Notes: generated by a model from the sequence alone, not told the origin. Shown: positions 37,409 through 51,785, counted from the whole stretch's first letter. The stretch is DNA of 63,327 nt, filler included, from Ionaspis alba (GCA_964255285.1; 16 parts of 16 records of this genome joined end to end with filler, not necessarily neighbours in it), one strand, 5' to 3'. Numbers and translations: made by a program.

Positions 37409-40400
37409 CTTGATGTCTATGATTAGATCTCGCTTCTTTGACTGGTCGCAAGACACTGTCCAGAATTGTTTTGAAGGTCTTCGTATGCTCGATACTGATT
37501 CATAAGTGGGGAGTTCTTGTCGGGCCTCCTTGGAGGGAATTCATCTATGATGCTTCTTCCGCCAAGATCCAGGTTTCGTAACAATGGAGACCCAAGTCTC
37601 TGATGTCGCATAGGCGAGATAGCCCGTCACCATCCAGACGCTGGCGATGCAGAGCAAATGCGTAGCGACGACAACAATAATAATGAACGAGGAGTTTAGG
37701 GATAAGTGGAAGTGTTGGGACCGCACGATGGCCCTCACACGTGTGTTTGAGGTCACAGCACCGAAAGTCTCAAACACGGGGACGCTGTACAAGGTGGAAG
37801 AACGAAGGGCGGGCGCGGTTGTATATAAGTGGAGCCTGCAGGGACGAGAAAGATGCAACGGCCAAGATGCGGTGGCAAGTGTCACATCTCCCTTCCCCCT
37901 GGGACGATTGCGATTTGATGGCTGGTACGGAAGAAACAAGCGTGAGAAAGAACGGGATAGGATAGACCAGAGGAGTCAAAAGACGGGACGAGGAGGATAT
38001 GGGAATAGCGTGCTAAGGCAAGGGCGAGAGCTGTTTAGCGCAGTCGGTACGGAGGAGGAACAACCAATGTTAAGTCGTAGGCGGTACGAAGTAAGCAGTA
38101 AGAAGAGGCGTAGAGAAAAGGATTGCGAAAGTGGACGAACTTGGTTTTGATCTTGCCCTTGCCTGCTTCCAGGGAATAGAAACCTGGGGAAATCACCGGA
38201 GTCGTAGATGGGGAAGACTTAGCTGGGTGCTGACCGACTGACTGACGACGACGGCCTCGCATACCAACTGCAAGCCACGTTATGCGGGGTTGGGGTGATG
38301 AATGGATGGGACGTTTCTGTCTCTCTGAATTTCCTACAGTTGACCCGTTTCCGCTGCTAAGGGAAAATATTACGATTGAATGGATTGTATTTCTCCGTTG
38401 AGGACAGCTTCATCTTCTACTCCATCGTCAACACGCCGCACTACTTCCATAAGTTGGTCAACGCGTGCGGCGTTCCCAAACTGCCATCCCTTTGTCGGTA
38501 TCCCAGGTCCTTGGGACAAGACACGGCTGAGGACAGCCAAGTGTCCAGCCACCACTTTCCCTCCAAGATCAGCCCCCAATAGAAGGCGTTTAATCTCGAG
38601 GGTCGAGCTTGATCGGCCACCAGTCTGTATCACGATTCAAGCCATCAATCAACGTCGGAATGCCAACCGAAGTTCCCCTTCCACTGGTGATGAATTTGGT
38701 GTGATTATAATGCTTTCGCGTACAACCTCGACCTTTCGTCGCTCAGTCTTCGAAACACTCCTAGCGGGCATGAAAAATTGGCAAAGTGCAGCCACTTGCT
38801 TCACGCGAACAAGTATCGCCAAATAGACGTCACAGGGCACAATGCTCCTCCCTCGACAACGAGCATTTCCCACAGTAGCCATGCGAAAGGGAAAAGTCAG
38901 AGAAAGTACCATAAGTCCAGCAAGCAAGCAAGTGCCTCGACCCGAGTTCCAGAAGCTGCAAAAACCACGCAAGACGATCTAATCGCCTCAATGAGGAAAC
39001 GAGCATCGCCAATAGAAGCAACCGCTGCATTGTGCATGCCCGGAAATCACTGGACGAGATAAACCGGCAAAATCTCCACCCCCCTTCCCCGTCCACGAAC
39101 CAAGCGGAAGCCTTCAAAATGACTGAACCGGTAAATGATGGCCATGCTGACGCCTTGACCTGTAGGTCCAGACCCAATCAGCACGCAGATGCTCACATGC
39201 CCGCGAATCTCAGGCCGGGGAAAAAAAGAGCAGGCTGCATGCCAGATTCAGCAGTGAGCAGGAAGCGAGGATGCTTAGCATTGACATTCGTTATTCACAT
39301 TCACGTTTCGATAAACAATAAAGACATCGATTCGCAGTCAGCGCTACCACATTCGCACTGAAGAACCAAGCGCCTCTCTCCACACTGTGGAGATCCAGGC
39401 ACGCGGCTCACACAAAATAGCTCATACCCTTAAAGTAGCGTTTAGTGGGATCCGTCGCTAAGCATGGAGGGTATTAGCTGGGCGACTTTGGGGGGATCTC
39501 CAGCTAAATCTTAGGGGGCTTTCGTCCCACCGAAGCCTTTCAACATCCGCTGGCCAGGACCCAAAATTGATCGGAGCACTTAACCATCCACACCACGCCA
39601 GTAACAAGCTGAGACCTGCCTGTACGACCTCCATACTCCCCGATTCTCCCAATTCCGCCCTCTCAGCCCGTCCTCGCAAATCCTCTGGCTCACAACCGTT
39701 GGTCTAAACTCCAGCCAGCCGTGATTCATTGGTCCGCAAATTCCCCGGGTGTGGAGGACGCTGGCTAGTGCGGTGCCACTACTGCCGGGTATCGTGTGGC
39801 CAGGGAGGGTCGGGGGCTGGTTTTCTTGGGACTAGTGGCTGNNNNNNNNNNNNNNNNNNNNNNNNNNNNNNNNNNNNNNNNNNNNTTAATTAATTAANNN
39901 NNNNNNNNNNNNNNNNNNNNNNNNNNNNNNNNNNNNNNNNNCGTAACATGGCGGTCAGAGATCCTACAGCTTGTCAGCACGTTGTTGACGAAGCCTGCAA
40001 TAGACGGTGAAAGTCAATCCAAGGACAGGGTGATTAACTCCACGATTGACTTCAGGCGATGGTCAAGTCCACTTGTAGGAGAGACCTTTTCTCGCTGTCC
40101 TACTGCTTGGTGGCATGATTTCCTTTTCAGTCACATTCCTCTGGTTGCCAAGGCCAGTAGCGTGCAGCTTCACAACAACGGAAGTCTTCAACAACAACAA
40201 TTCATTTTTGATATTGTTCCGACTTCAACGGGTATGCAAAGACCACATGTATATAGTGATGAGGCTGCACCACCATTACGTTGCAGCCGCCTTTCTGCCC
40301 CCAACCGTCAGCCTTGTGACCTCAGCTCGTCGCCGCCGAACGCCTTGATGTTACTCCCACGAGCTTGGCGCCTTCCCCAAATTGAGGCATCATCTGCCTA

Positions 40401-40546
40401 TATAGCACCTGCCCCGCCAGACCACGATTCTCGTCAGAATGCCTGGTATCCGTCGCAGATACCAATCCCACGAGTCTACCATCAATCACCAGTCTACCAT
40501 CACAAGTATTCCTAGACAGAAATTCCCCCTTCAATCATCACCCAAC

Positions 40547-42036
40547 ATGGCGGCCAATATCAAGTTCATTCCATCGCTGATGGACTCCTTGGCAGGGACA
40601 TCCACAGAGGCCGAGCGGGAGGACCCTATTCGGCTTGTGCTGCGAGATGCTGGTATTCTGATCAAGATGCTCAAGTACCTGCCATGGACCATTAAACCTT
40701 TCAGGACCAACGACAAGCAGGCAGAATTTTACATCAGCCCAAGAGGTCTGAGAGACATGTTCTTTACGGGCCTGCTCACTCTAATGGGAGCTGTGGGTCT
40801 TTTGCTGGCTCCGGTTGCTATCTTGGCTCTTCCTGGCTTCATCGTCGTCGCGGCCGCAGCGGTCTTCGGTTTGGTCATGTGGCTTCTTGCTTGGCCCTTG
40901 CAGGGAACAGAGGTTGTGTATTCATCCATGGATGACGCTACCATGGCAGCTGCGAAAGGCCACTCCGATGAGAGATGGTTGTTTATTAATGGCTGCATCA
41001 CAACGTATTGCCTCCTCAGCGTCGAATGGGTGAATGATAGTGCTAATTTTGTCTCCATAGCCACATGGGTCTCCAAAACAACATCGACCGGCTTGCCAAA
41101 ACCTTTGGCCGTCCTGTCATCGGCATACACAACAAAACGTTAGCAAAGTCTTATTATTCTAATCGTCCACGCATACGATAGCTGAAAATTTGCAGTTTAG
41201 GGCTTGTCTTAGATCTCATCGAATGTCTAATCCAGAGATCCATGTCTTTCAGCACCCTAGACACGCGCATCGCCTATGATTATGTCAAAGCCTGCTTGGC
41301 AGATCCAACGGTCAAGAAAGTTGTGCTTATTGGGCACTCTCAAGGCGGCATCATTGTGTCATTAGTCCTCGATCGACTTTTCGCGGATCTTCCAGCCGAA
41401 ACGGTCGCGAAGCTCGAAGTATACACCTTCGGATCCGCTGCAGCTCATTTCAATAATCCCCGTCTATCGCTCAAACCGCGTAGCAAAGGAGACGTTACCG
41501 AAACCTCCACCTCCGAACCACCTCACGACCGTTGTATCCCATATATCGAGCACTATGCCAACGAATACGACCTGGTCCCTCGCTGGGGTGTCTTATATAA
41601 CGTGACGCAGCTCCTAGACAACCGGTACTGCGGCAAAGTCTTCGTCCGTATGGGCGCGACTGGCCACATGTTCAATCAGCACTACATGGACCCCATGTTC
41701 CCTCTCGATCATTCTCACACCAGCCTCTTCCTCGACCAGGTCGTGGATGTTGACGAGAAGCTAGCAGTCCGTCGGGAAAACTCGGCTCTACAGCACATGG
41801 GGCTCATGAGGCGGGAGTCATCCTTCAAGCCGGATGACTTCAATGTGCAGTTTGGCGATGGTCAGACAATCCCCGTGGGCGTGATTGTCAATGGCGATCA
41901 TGCGGACGGCGAAGATGGGATCAATTTCGTGGATCCCTCTCGTCATGCCAGGGGTAAAACGGTCCGTCAATTGTCGAGGTTTTGGAGATACGTAGACGGG
42001 GGAAGCCCGCCGGCGAGTGCTGGGACGACCGATTGA
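40547..42036 (+). CDS. Membrane-anchored alpha/beta-hydrolase-fold protein; 3 exons (possible upstream start at 40439)
   Basis: Two N-terminal TM helices, WLFINGC, VVLIGHSQGG (GxSxG), LEVYTFGSAA, EHYANEYDLVP, GHMFNQHY. Confidence 0.8.
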
Positions 42037-42772
42037 TGGGCGTATGGGAGAGTTTTCGGTTTTGCAGCCTTGTATTGCTTGTTTATGTTTGACTGGTTCG
42101 GATAGTCTTTCAACCTAAGTAGCATTAGTATCATTAAACTGCATCTAGTTCAATTAAGTCAAATGTCTAGGGACATCGCTTCAACATCTGTAAATGAGAG
42201 AACAGGTGAAACTCATCCGGTTCCCGATTCAGCAGTCTCGAACGTGTTTATGTATGGGTGGCTATTGATATAACGTCATATGTCTGATAACAAATAGAGT
42301 ACCTGGACAATTGGCTTTGAGCAACAGACTTGGCCAGTGTATCATTCTGTGTCACCACATCGGGTGGAAGTGGGACGAGAGCATCCACACAGAGCTGTAT
42401 TGTAAAATTGGTGGCGAGATAGTTGTGGTGATCGACAGCCAGAGTTACTTATACATAGCAAAGGTCGTGGACGCAGCCCATCAACGACATATGATCCATA
42501 TTCTACATGATGCTGTTCATAATCCATAATTGATTATGACAAAATCGTGAAAATGGTTCAACATTTATCGTAAAGTCTTGGCATCTTAGATAATCTGGTA
42601 GTTACGGGGAAGGAGGGATAGCCACGACAGTGGTGTTGGAACACCAACAAAATGTCACGGCTCTGCCCTGCTTAGAAATTGTAGACTTCAACATTTAGAT
42701 AGAGGACATTTCGGACCACCTCAAGATCTGACGTGGCGCAATCAAGATATCTGTTAAGCGGCTATTTTCGAA

Positions 42773-43803
42773 TCAGTAGTCGTAGAACCCCTTTCGACTC
42801 TTTTTGCCGAGCCAGCCAGCATCCACCATCTTCCTGAGCAATACCGCCGGGCGATATTTACTATCGCCCGTCTCCTCGTGTAGAACCTTCATAATAGCAA
42901 GACAAGTGTCGATACCAATAAAGTCTGCCAATTGCAACGGGCCCATTGGCACATTAGTTCCATTCTTCATAATATTATCAATGTCATCCTTCCCGCCTAC
43001 TCCAGTCTCCAGGCATATTATAGCCTCATTAATATAGGGCATTAGGATCCGGTTCGCCAGGAATCCTGGAGAGTCTGCTGATTGTGATGGTATCTTGCCC
43101 ATCTTCTTTACAAACTCCATAGCCGTCTCCACCGTCTCCGGCGAAGTCTGTAACCCACTGATGATCTCGACACCCTTTTGAATAGGTACAGGGTTCATAA
43201 AATGTGTACTTATGACTCGAGAAGCCGCGGACAGATCGGTGGGATCTTGCGTTGTGGCTGCGGCAATCTTCGTTATGGAGATTGAGGATGTGTTCGTAGC
43301 TAGTATTGCATGCGAGGGACATATTCGGGCAAGCTGGGCGAAGATTGACATTTTTAGGTCTGGAATCTCTGGCACTGCTTCAATGACAAAGTCGACGTTG
43401 GATAGATCTTCGATCTTTGTAGTTGAAGAAAGGCGTTTCTTGCATGCTTCGGCGTCTTCTTTGGATATCCTTTGCTTCGAGACGTCTTTCTCAAGAAGTT
43501 TATCTGTATCCAGTCAAGCGTTGTGTTTGCTACCAGGAATGCTTGCCAATTTACTGACCCGCGAATTTGAAGCCTTTGTCGATAGAAGCTTGTGATGTAT
43601 CTACCACAGTGACGGGTATTTGGGCCTTTTGTGCTGCCACGAGAGCTATACCTAATCCCTGATCTCCTCTCGTTAGAACATTTAACAGAGAATCGTAGTA
43701 GCAGAGGTCTGCGGGTTACCATTTGTCCCGCGCCTACTACACCGAGTCTGTTGACTTCTGCTGCACCTACTGAGGCAGTCGCGCTGAAGCTGCGTCGACC
43801 AAC
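42773..43803 (-). CDS. 3-hydroxybutyryl-CoA / 3-hydroxyacyl-CoA dehydrogenase (mitochondrial); 5' truncated
   Basis: GVVGAGQM|GLGIA, DFVIEAVPE, ILATNTSSISIT, HFMNPVP, DSPGFLANR, PMGPLQLADFIGID, GKKSRKGFYDY. Confidence 0.93.
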
Positions 43804-44496
43804 NNNNNNNNNNNNNNNNNNNNNNNNNNNNNNNNNNNNNNNNNNNNTTAATTAATTAANNNNNNNNNNNNNNNNNNNNNNNNNNNNNNNNNNNNNNNNN
43901 NNNGACCTACATCATAGACTATTCTCACGCATTCTGCTCAAATCAATTCATATTCGATTCTCCATTAATCTAGCTAAACCTCCTCCAAATATCGCTCAAT
44001 CTGTGTTCCTCCACATGCTCAACACCCCTTAATTACCCTTACCACTCCCCCTGCCAATTCCCATGGTATCAATCTCAACCCTTCAAATCCTCAAAGCGCA
44101 AGAGTGGTATCAAAGTGGAGTAATCATTCCCCAAATCCCCCGCTCAATGCCCAAACACCACCCCTAACCTAACCATGCAAATCCCCAATCCCATTCTGGT
44201 ATGATAATGGCCGAGTAGAGTTGCGCGTCGATGACCGAAAAAGAACTCCGTGCATAAATCGTGCGCCATGATCGTGCCGTTGCGAAGACGGACACCACAG
44301 ATATGCCCTGACCAGATCCAGCTGGTATGTCGACAGCCCAACACCAAGAGAAGCCGTGCATGCATCTCCATTATCGACCGTGAAAGAAAAGCCAAACTCC
44401 GGTAGAGCGAACGGAATAACCGAGAAAAGAAAATAGAAACTCCAGTAGGACATGAACCTCGTAACGATCGTAATCATCTCTCATCCCATTCCTCCC

Positions 44497-45723
44497 CTAA
44501 AGCCACTCCTGAATCCACCTCCTCTCAAACCACCCCACCCTCTCATAAGCAACCCATAGCTTACTCGCCTTATTAACATCAATCTTACAAGCCTGCTGCG
44601 CATCCGTCTTTCGAAACTCCTTCCCCAATTTCGCCTTATTGAGCCTCGCCTCAAAAATCCTCCTCTTGCTACACAAATAAGTCGCGCAGTTGAGGCGCAG
44701 CGTACTGGCCACCACGAGCTCGGCTTCGTGAAGCAAGTGCCGGTGGGGATCGTTACTCAGATCGAGCGTGTTGGCACACTGCCAGTCGACGTGTAGGTAT
44801 TTGGGTTTGTTGGGTGGGAGTGAGGAGAGCGGTGGACAGTAGTCGGGGAGAGAAGCGAAGTCGGTGTCTTCGGGGCGCTTGTTGGCGCCGCCGCGGGCGT
44901 CGGGAGTGCCGGAGCGGCGGTCGCCGGATGTGGTGCTGAGACTGGAGGGAGTGGGGAAAGGCTTGGGTTTGCGGACTCGGACAAAGGGTTTGCCGTCAGC
45001 GGAGGTTTTGCGGGGTGTATTGGTGGTTGACTTCCTCGGGGTCTTTGCCGATGGTGCTGGGACGAGTCTGATCAAGGGTTTCTTGGCTTCAAGTTTCTCG
45101 AGACGGATCTTCTCGACTTTTTCGTAAGAGAGAGGAACGCCGCAGATACGCTTTGCTCGAGCGTAGTTCTCTTCCGTCTCTTCCATCTGTCTTTTCATGT
45201 ATCTTCCTGGATCCTCGTTGTAGCTCTTGCCGATGGTTGAAAAGAACGATACCGCTGATCGGTATTCATCAACGGTAGGTCGATTGGCTTTTTTGTCGAA
45301 CTGGGCGTTGACTGCTGCCATGTGCTTGGTGATGACTTGGTCGACATAGGCAGTGTCTGGCGATGATGGGAAGAGAGGTCTGATTGTGGTTGTGTCTTCG
45401 CCAGATTCCGTGCCTGGGTATAATACTGGATCCCGTACTCTTTCTCCGATCCTCAGTCCCTCAAGCGAAGGACTGGATCTGTCCGTCGCCTTGTTCTGAT
45501 GACCTGTCCATGGCGACACTGGAGGTGATGGGAGAACTCGCAGGCTCTTGACATCGGGCGACTGTTTGTGATGCATCGGTGGAAGTGTATTCTCTGGTGT
45601 GAATGATGGTTGGCGAGAAAGCGATGAATGTATGTGATGTTTGGAGGGCGACGTGAAGCTGTCCAGTGGCTTGGCCTCAGGCGGAGACATGAGGGATGAT
45701 ATGGGTGGTAGTTGCGACATCAT
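44497..45723 (-). CDS. SWIRM-domain protein, Fun19/Laf1-like
   Basis: LPDYCPP, LDLSNDPHRHLLHEAEL..ASTLRL..YLCSKRRIF, FRKTDAQQACKIDVNKASKLW..ERVGW. Confidence 0.9.
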   Translation of the reverse strand: MMSQLPPISSLMSPPEAKPLDSFTSPSKHHIHSSLSRQPSFTPENTLPPMHHKQSPDVKSLRVLPSPPVSPWTGHQNKATDRSSPSLEGLRIGERVRDPVLYPGTESGEDTTTIRPLFPSSPDTAYVDQVITKHMAAVNAQFDKKANRPTVDEYRSAVSFFSTIGKSYNEDPGRYMKRQMEETEENYARAKRICGVPLSYEKVEKIRLEKLEAKKPLIRLVPAPSAKTPRKSTTNTPRKTSADGKPFVRVRKPKPFPTPSSLSTTSGDRRSGTPDARGGANKRPEDTDFASLPDYCPPLSSLPPNKPKYLHVDWQCANTLDLSNDPHRHLLHEAELVVASTLRLNCATYLCSKRRIFEARLNKAKLGKEFRKTDAQQACKIDVNKASKLWVAYERVGWFERRWIQEWL

Positions 45724-46964
45724 TGATGAGTGCGCAGAAGATGGTGATGGATGATGGTCGATTGAACGAGATATGGGAAGAAGTCGTGGTAGAAGTGATG
45801 ACGCGGTCGAAAAGCGAACCGTAGTGGAAGTCAATGGAAGCGGTCGGCCTCTTCCAATTGAAGTCCGGATTTGTCAGTGATGTTGCGAAGGATGGACTGA
45901 CTGATTATTGGAGAGTCGGAAACTCCGAGCGAAAAGCAGGGTGGCGAAGTTCGGATTTAAGAAGGCCTTCGCCTGAAGCGATGCGTTTCGCTTGATTTGG
46001 ATTTCTGACGATGTTCTGATGAGTCAACGAGTTTGCCAAGCCTCGGTCCTGCGCAGCAGAAAAACCCGAACCTCGACGGTTATGCGAGCGAGATTTATCA
46101 GTAGTAGCACGATGAACGGATCAAGGTAGCTTGATGGTGTGTGCGAAAAGGCTGAGAAAGGATCTGGAAGGATTGGGGCGGCTGAGATATAAGTAGGACG
46201 TGTGAGCGTTGCGGCGAAGAAGTGAATTGAAACAGGGTGCGGTAGGCAGCAGTAAATGATTGGGCTTCGAGTTAGGCACAAAGGTGGGATGACTCGAGGT
46301 CAATTGATGAATGTAGCCGTCAACTGACGAGTGAACGATGTTTCGCGTGGGATGGGAAGGAAGGAGGAGGTTGCACATAGAACGATGTGTGAACGAGGCA
46401 AGGTATGTAAGGCAAGGCAGACAAAGAAACACACGGGGACGGTGGGAATGAATGGGTACATGAGCAGGTAATAGGGTGGTGGTGATACAGTCAGTGGGTC
46501 TGGATCAATAATAGTAGGTAGTGTAGCCAGTGTGGTGGTCAGTCAGTCAGGTCAGTCAGTCATTCAGTCAATAAGAAGCAGGCCGTTGTGTGGCTCAATC
46601 AGGTCGGGGTCTCGGTGTGAGTTGTATCAAGTGATTCACTTCAATAGGGAATCTAGAAGGGTAAGCGCGCGACCACACAATAATGGAGGTTCCATGACCC
46701 GTGGACCTATTGGGTCAGCTGCCACCATGCTAAGAGTCAGTCTATTTGAAAACCAAGTCTTGTTTTTCTCTCGCGCTTTTTCCTCGAACAGGATGGGTGA
46801 GTGACGGAGAAAGAGTGGTAGGGGAAGGAGAGAGCGAGCAGGTCGAGCGAGGGAGTGAGTACGGGGTTCAAGCAGGCACTAAAAAGAGTGAATGACGAGG
46901 TAAGAAGCCGGGTCCAGCTGATACTCGATTGAAGGGATCGATGGCACAGTCACATTCGTCCTCA

Positions 46965-46980
46965 TCCATTGGCCAATGGA
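46965..46980. promoter_or_regulatory. Perfect 16-bp palindrome containing two opposed CCAAT boxes
   Basis: TCCATTGGCCAATGGA in the upstream region of the SWIRM gene. Confidence 0.45.
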
Positions 46981-47852
46981 CCCAACAATGCCCGGAAGGA
47001 ACGAATTGCGATGAGCCACACCTGAATGCTGCCCCCATTGACCGAGGCGCCCATTGCCAATCAATGACGACGCGAGGCGGATGATTGCGAACAGGCAGCG
47101 AAAAGGAATGGACGAATGATATAGTGCAACAAAGAAAACCAGGCAGCATTGCATTCATCGTCGCTCCACGTAAGACATCGATATTAATTATTATTGACAA
47201 GTCACTTGGGATGTAATGGAGAGGAAAGGACTGGAAGGCGCGAGATTGAGCGAGAAGAGGGGGGAAAAGGGAATTGGGAGGGCTGATGGTGGGACCAGGA
47301 GGGGCGTGGTTGTGTTGATGACTCAGGCACACGACTTGGGGAACCAGCACACCCCCCGAGAAGCCAATGAGAGCTGAGCGTCGTTGAGATATTCCAGAAA
47401 CCGGAAATCTACACAGTATACCCTTCTCTGCCCATCTCCATGCATGTGATGATCACAATCCCAATCAATCAATCAATCCCACTACTATTGTCGACGACAT
47501 CTTGATAACCCACGCCCTGCATCAATCCGTCCAATTATGGCACCGTCAATAATCCCGGTGCAATCCCTCGTCTATTACCACATCTCCCCTTCGAAGTTCG
47601 AACCGCCCCATCCCCTGCGTCCGCCCTCCTGTCGTCCCACCTCAATTGACTTTCCCCCTTCCAATAATCCCTCCTCAGCAGTCAAATAATAATGAACCCT
47701 AGATACTCCCCCCTCCACATCAAAAGCCCATGTGATACCGACAATTCGGTTCNNNNNNNNNNNNNNNNNNNNNNNNNNNNNNNNNNNNNNNNNNNNTTAA
47801 TTAATTAANNNNNNNNNNNNNNNNNNNNNNNNNNNNNNNNNNNNNNNNNNNN

Positions 47853-50800
47853 GGACGGCGGTCTTCGAGGGTTCGTTTTTGGAGGGCGAGGGCGAAGACT
47901 TGGGTGAAGGGTTTTGCGGATGTAATGGTTCTGGACGCGGGACCTGGTAAGGAAGGCGGGAGAAGGGTAATTGTAGTGTTGTACTTAGGTTCCGGGAGTT
48001 GGAGGGTTAGATCTTCTATCTGGAGAGGCTCAATGGCGAGGGATGCGAGAGTCGTAGATATTGACCATTGCTGGATCAGACCTTGAGGCTTGTTTTCTGT
48101 TGGGCTTTCCACGTTCCCGTTGTCTTGGTCGTCGCTGACGTGGAAGTAGCTGGGCCACGGGTCTGGGTGAACGTGCGGCATGAAGTCGTAGTTTGCTTCG
48201 AAGGGAGTGATGAGCACCAGGTCTTTGGTAACAGTCTTTGATATCGGTGTATCAGGATCGGACAATAGGTGGTAAAGAGCCTTGATCTCAAGCGTGTATT
48301 CTGCCATTTCTGGCAGAGACTGAAATCTCAGGGTTTGTGATTTGGTGGCAGATGGTAATAGTTGTGATGATGTGGATTCATGGAGTTGGCTGCTTGAAGC
48401 TTGCAATACATCATCCTTTTCATATGAGTCATTAACATCCTGCGGAACGCCCCAGTGTATTGCCGGAACCTTCTTCGAACTGCCTATGAGCTGAATCTCG
48501 AGACGAACCTCCGCGGTCTCATCTTCTTCATTAGTCATGTCGATCTTGATGTCGATCATCTCATCTGTGTAATAAGCTTTTCGTATGTTGGGTAGCTTGA
48601 TCTCCATCTTAGGAGGCTTCGGCAGGATGTCGACCACACAAGCTTGTTCCAGGTCAAGCTTCTTCCTCATGAGACCCTCCTCGTCTGCGACCCACCAGTC
48701 ATTTCGAGACGTTTGCTCCGTCAAAGCGATATCGATGTCCAAGTCAAATAGCTCTTCGTGTAGAGTGAGCGATACCTTTGTCGCTCTGACTTCTCCAGCA
48801 TCTCGGGGCAGCATTGCAATGTTGAAGACTTTTGTGGTACCCGGTGGGAAGAGTAGATCGCTCGAGCCGGAAAGTTTTTGGGCCGCTTTGGCACTTGATG
48901 AATCTGGCGATGACAGATCTGGGGAGAATAAAAATTCGCTCAACGAGACATTATACAGATGAATGCTCTTGTCTGTTAGACGAGAGTTCGGCGTCTTATT
49001 GTGATCGTGCTCTATCCTGAGATCTCTTAGTCCTCCTTCGAATTGCAACACAAATTCCTTGATTTCTATGGGAGCTGAATTGGAATGTGCGTTCGAGATT
49101 AGAGTGAGCTGAGACTCCAGAGTCTCACCGACTCGTCCTCCAATCGAGCCAAAGGTAAAAACAGCAGTCACTAGTAATGATTTTAGCAAAGTGAAGATAG
49201 GAATACTCTCGAGCCAGCTTACGACATGGAGCAGTATCGTTGGAGCTGACGACTACTTGAGGCTTCCCTTCTATATCCAAGCCATCTAGACATTTCGAGA
49301 TGTCATACTGCCAATTAGATCTCGGAGTAAGGGCTATATGCATGAAATTCAGCACAATTGAGACGCTTGGAGGTAAAGTCTTTGTTCCATACGTAGGACA
49401 CAGAATACATACAATTGCTCAGCAGCTCCCACTCCACGGCTACTAATGTCTCCCCGTCACCCAGATGCCGAGCACAAGCTCTTACAGCCCAGCTGATTTC
49501 TTCGACTAATTTCCACCAGCCAGCGCGCCGCCAACTGAGCTCCTGCCACAATGGCTTGAGAATCGTCATTGCATCCTCCCAACGTCCGGATCTCATGTAT
49601 TCTCTTGCTATCTCGAATTCTAATCTTTCGACAGCGCGAGTTTGATGCCGTTTTGAGAAGTGGATGGCCGCTTTTCGCATAGTGTCTATCAGTAACTCGC
49701 CATGATCAAAACCAGTGTGCCCGGGAAGCGGATACTCGATATGTGGTTCCGGACAGAGATAGGTGTCGTATAGATGAGATTTGCTGGCTATTTGAGAAGC
49801 GGGCGACTGGCCGGGTGAGTTCCGGTCTTCTTTTGGTACACCGAGCGCCAGTTTCCTCCTCGCCCGAGTTCGTTGCGCAGCTCGTTTCAACCAGTAACCT
49901 TCGTGATGGAGCAAATCCCATGGTGGTAGACGTTCATCTGCCGAGAATGCTTTCTCGGGTATTGCATAGATATCTGGTGTCTCGGTCGAAGGAGTTCCAA
50001 CAGAAATCAATTGCTCTGGAACATGAAATATAGGAACATCCACTTTCTCAATCAATTCAGCCATTATGGTAGACCATCGTGCTTCCCATGCCTGCCAGCC
50101 ATAAGTCCCTGTTCCTTTACCCTTTCTGTCAATTAACTCCTGAAAACGAGATCTATGATTCGACCACGACTGTACGGCTGATGTTGTTTGTCCGGTCCAT
50201 AGCAAGCAACGAAGTATTCGAATGACAAGTACGTCGGCCAGTAACCTAGCTTCATCAAATCGTGGGCTCCAGCTGGCGATGGTTTCGAAAACATCACCAT
50301 CCAACAAAGCCTCGTAAGCAGCCTCGTAATTTCGTCCTGCAGCGTCCATTTCTTGTCGAAATTCAGCAAAGCAGCCCAGCTTCGTCTCATACCTAACATT
50401 CCACCCCTGCGCTGAGAGAGTTTGGGAGGTGCCATATGTTGGAGGTGCAGTTGGTGGAGGTATTGTGCCTCTGTTTCTCTTCCTGCGAGCATGCTTGGAG
50501 AGATCACGATAGTACTCGATGCAAGAGGATTGTATTGAGGTAAGAACGCTAGCCACGAACATCTTGAACTCGACAGTGGAATGACCGCTGGGAAGGAAGA
50601 AAAGACTTTTGGGATCCAAGGAGGTTCCCCTGCGGATATTGGCTAGTCGATCTGTAGGATTGATCTCGATATCGCCGTCTTCACAGACAAGCACAACAAT
50701 CAACCGAAGCTTATAGGAAGAAGCAGTGATAGCGGTTCGGATGGCATTGATCTCACTCTTGAGCTTGTTGTCTCGCAATGTACTACTATTGGGGTCAAGG

Positions 50801-51472
50801 GTGAATTCAAAGAATGCGATCAGTGTGGAGGGCAGCAAATTCTGGTGCTTTGCGAACCAGAAAGGGGTCATGATGCCATCAGGGAACGTCGGGGAATCCG
50901 GTGTTAGTGGAGACAATGGAGAATGAAGGACTGGGGTCAAGGAAGGTTTTCTCGGGACGCCTTCTATAGGAGGTGGTGACGGAAAAGCTGCTGGAGGATT
51001 GGCTTTGTGTGATGGTAGAGTGAACGCCTACGTACTAGTCAGATACCAGATCATCAATGTAAATAGAAATTGCACCATGAATCGTAAGACAATATACAAA
51101 GCATAACAGACCCTCAATACCAAATGGCAGCACAAAAACAACGATGAAAGAATTATATAAAAAACTCAAGGGAGTCTAACCTACCCTCCCAACACTTCGA
51201 AAAGTATACCCCATCGTCCCCATCTTCCCCTTGCCAGGCCGATTGTTCCACGCGGCATCTCTGGCATCGAGCTCGCGGAAAGAACTCAGAAGTTCATCGG
51301 CGGTTTGCCCAGAGACATTGGGCAGATCCGAAGAGATGTAGATCCCGTTCTCTCTCAACAGCGGATAACCTTCTTCGACTGAATCACGTGGATGAGCGTT
51401 GTCAGAGCCCAGTCCAAAAAGGATCACGAAGGGAAGGTTATGAGAGACATAGTGGGATGGGTACCCGTCCAT
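47853..51472 (-). CDS. TRAPP subunit 11 (foie gras/Gryzun domain) homolog; multi-exon, 3' truncated
   Basis: MDGYPSHYVSHNLPFV, HSPLSPLTPDSPTFPDGIMTP, YYRDLSKHARRKR, GWNVRYETKLGCFAEFRQEM, ILPKPPK. Confidence 0.88.
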
Positions 51473-51785
51473 GGTTGCTGCGGCTGAATAGCTGGAGCAA
51501 TTTCAGGGTTTCTCATATTGTAATCTACAAATTGGAAAGATCCAAGCGGGCCATTGAAAAGTCATTATCCAAATCAATGTGATAGTCTACTGACTATATA
51601 CAATAAGGTTGGTGGTATATTTCGATATAGGGCAGGGCTGTAGCCGCGAACAATCGGCACGACTTTCGCCGATGACGTTTTTTGANNNNNNNNNNNNNNN
51701 NNNNNNNNNNNNNNNNNNNNNNNNNNNNNTTAATTAATTAANNNNNNNNNNNNNNNNNNNNNNNNNNNNNNNNNNNNNNNNNNNN

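Noticed and set aside
37409..40500. Many 60-180 aa ORFs upstream of the membrane-protein and hydrolase genes
   Set aside because: Overlapping on both strands, with no motifs or coherent splice structure; consistent with UTR/promoter DNA.
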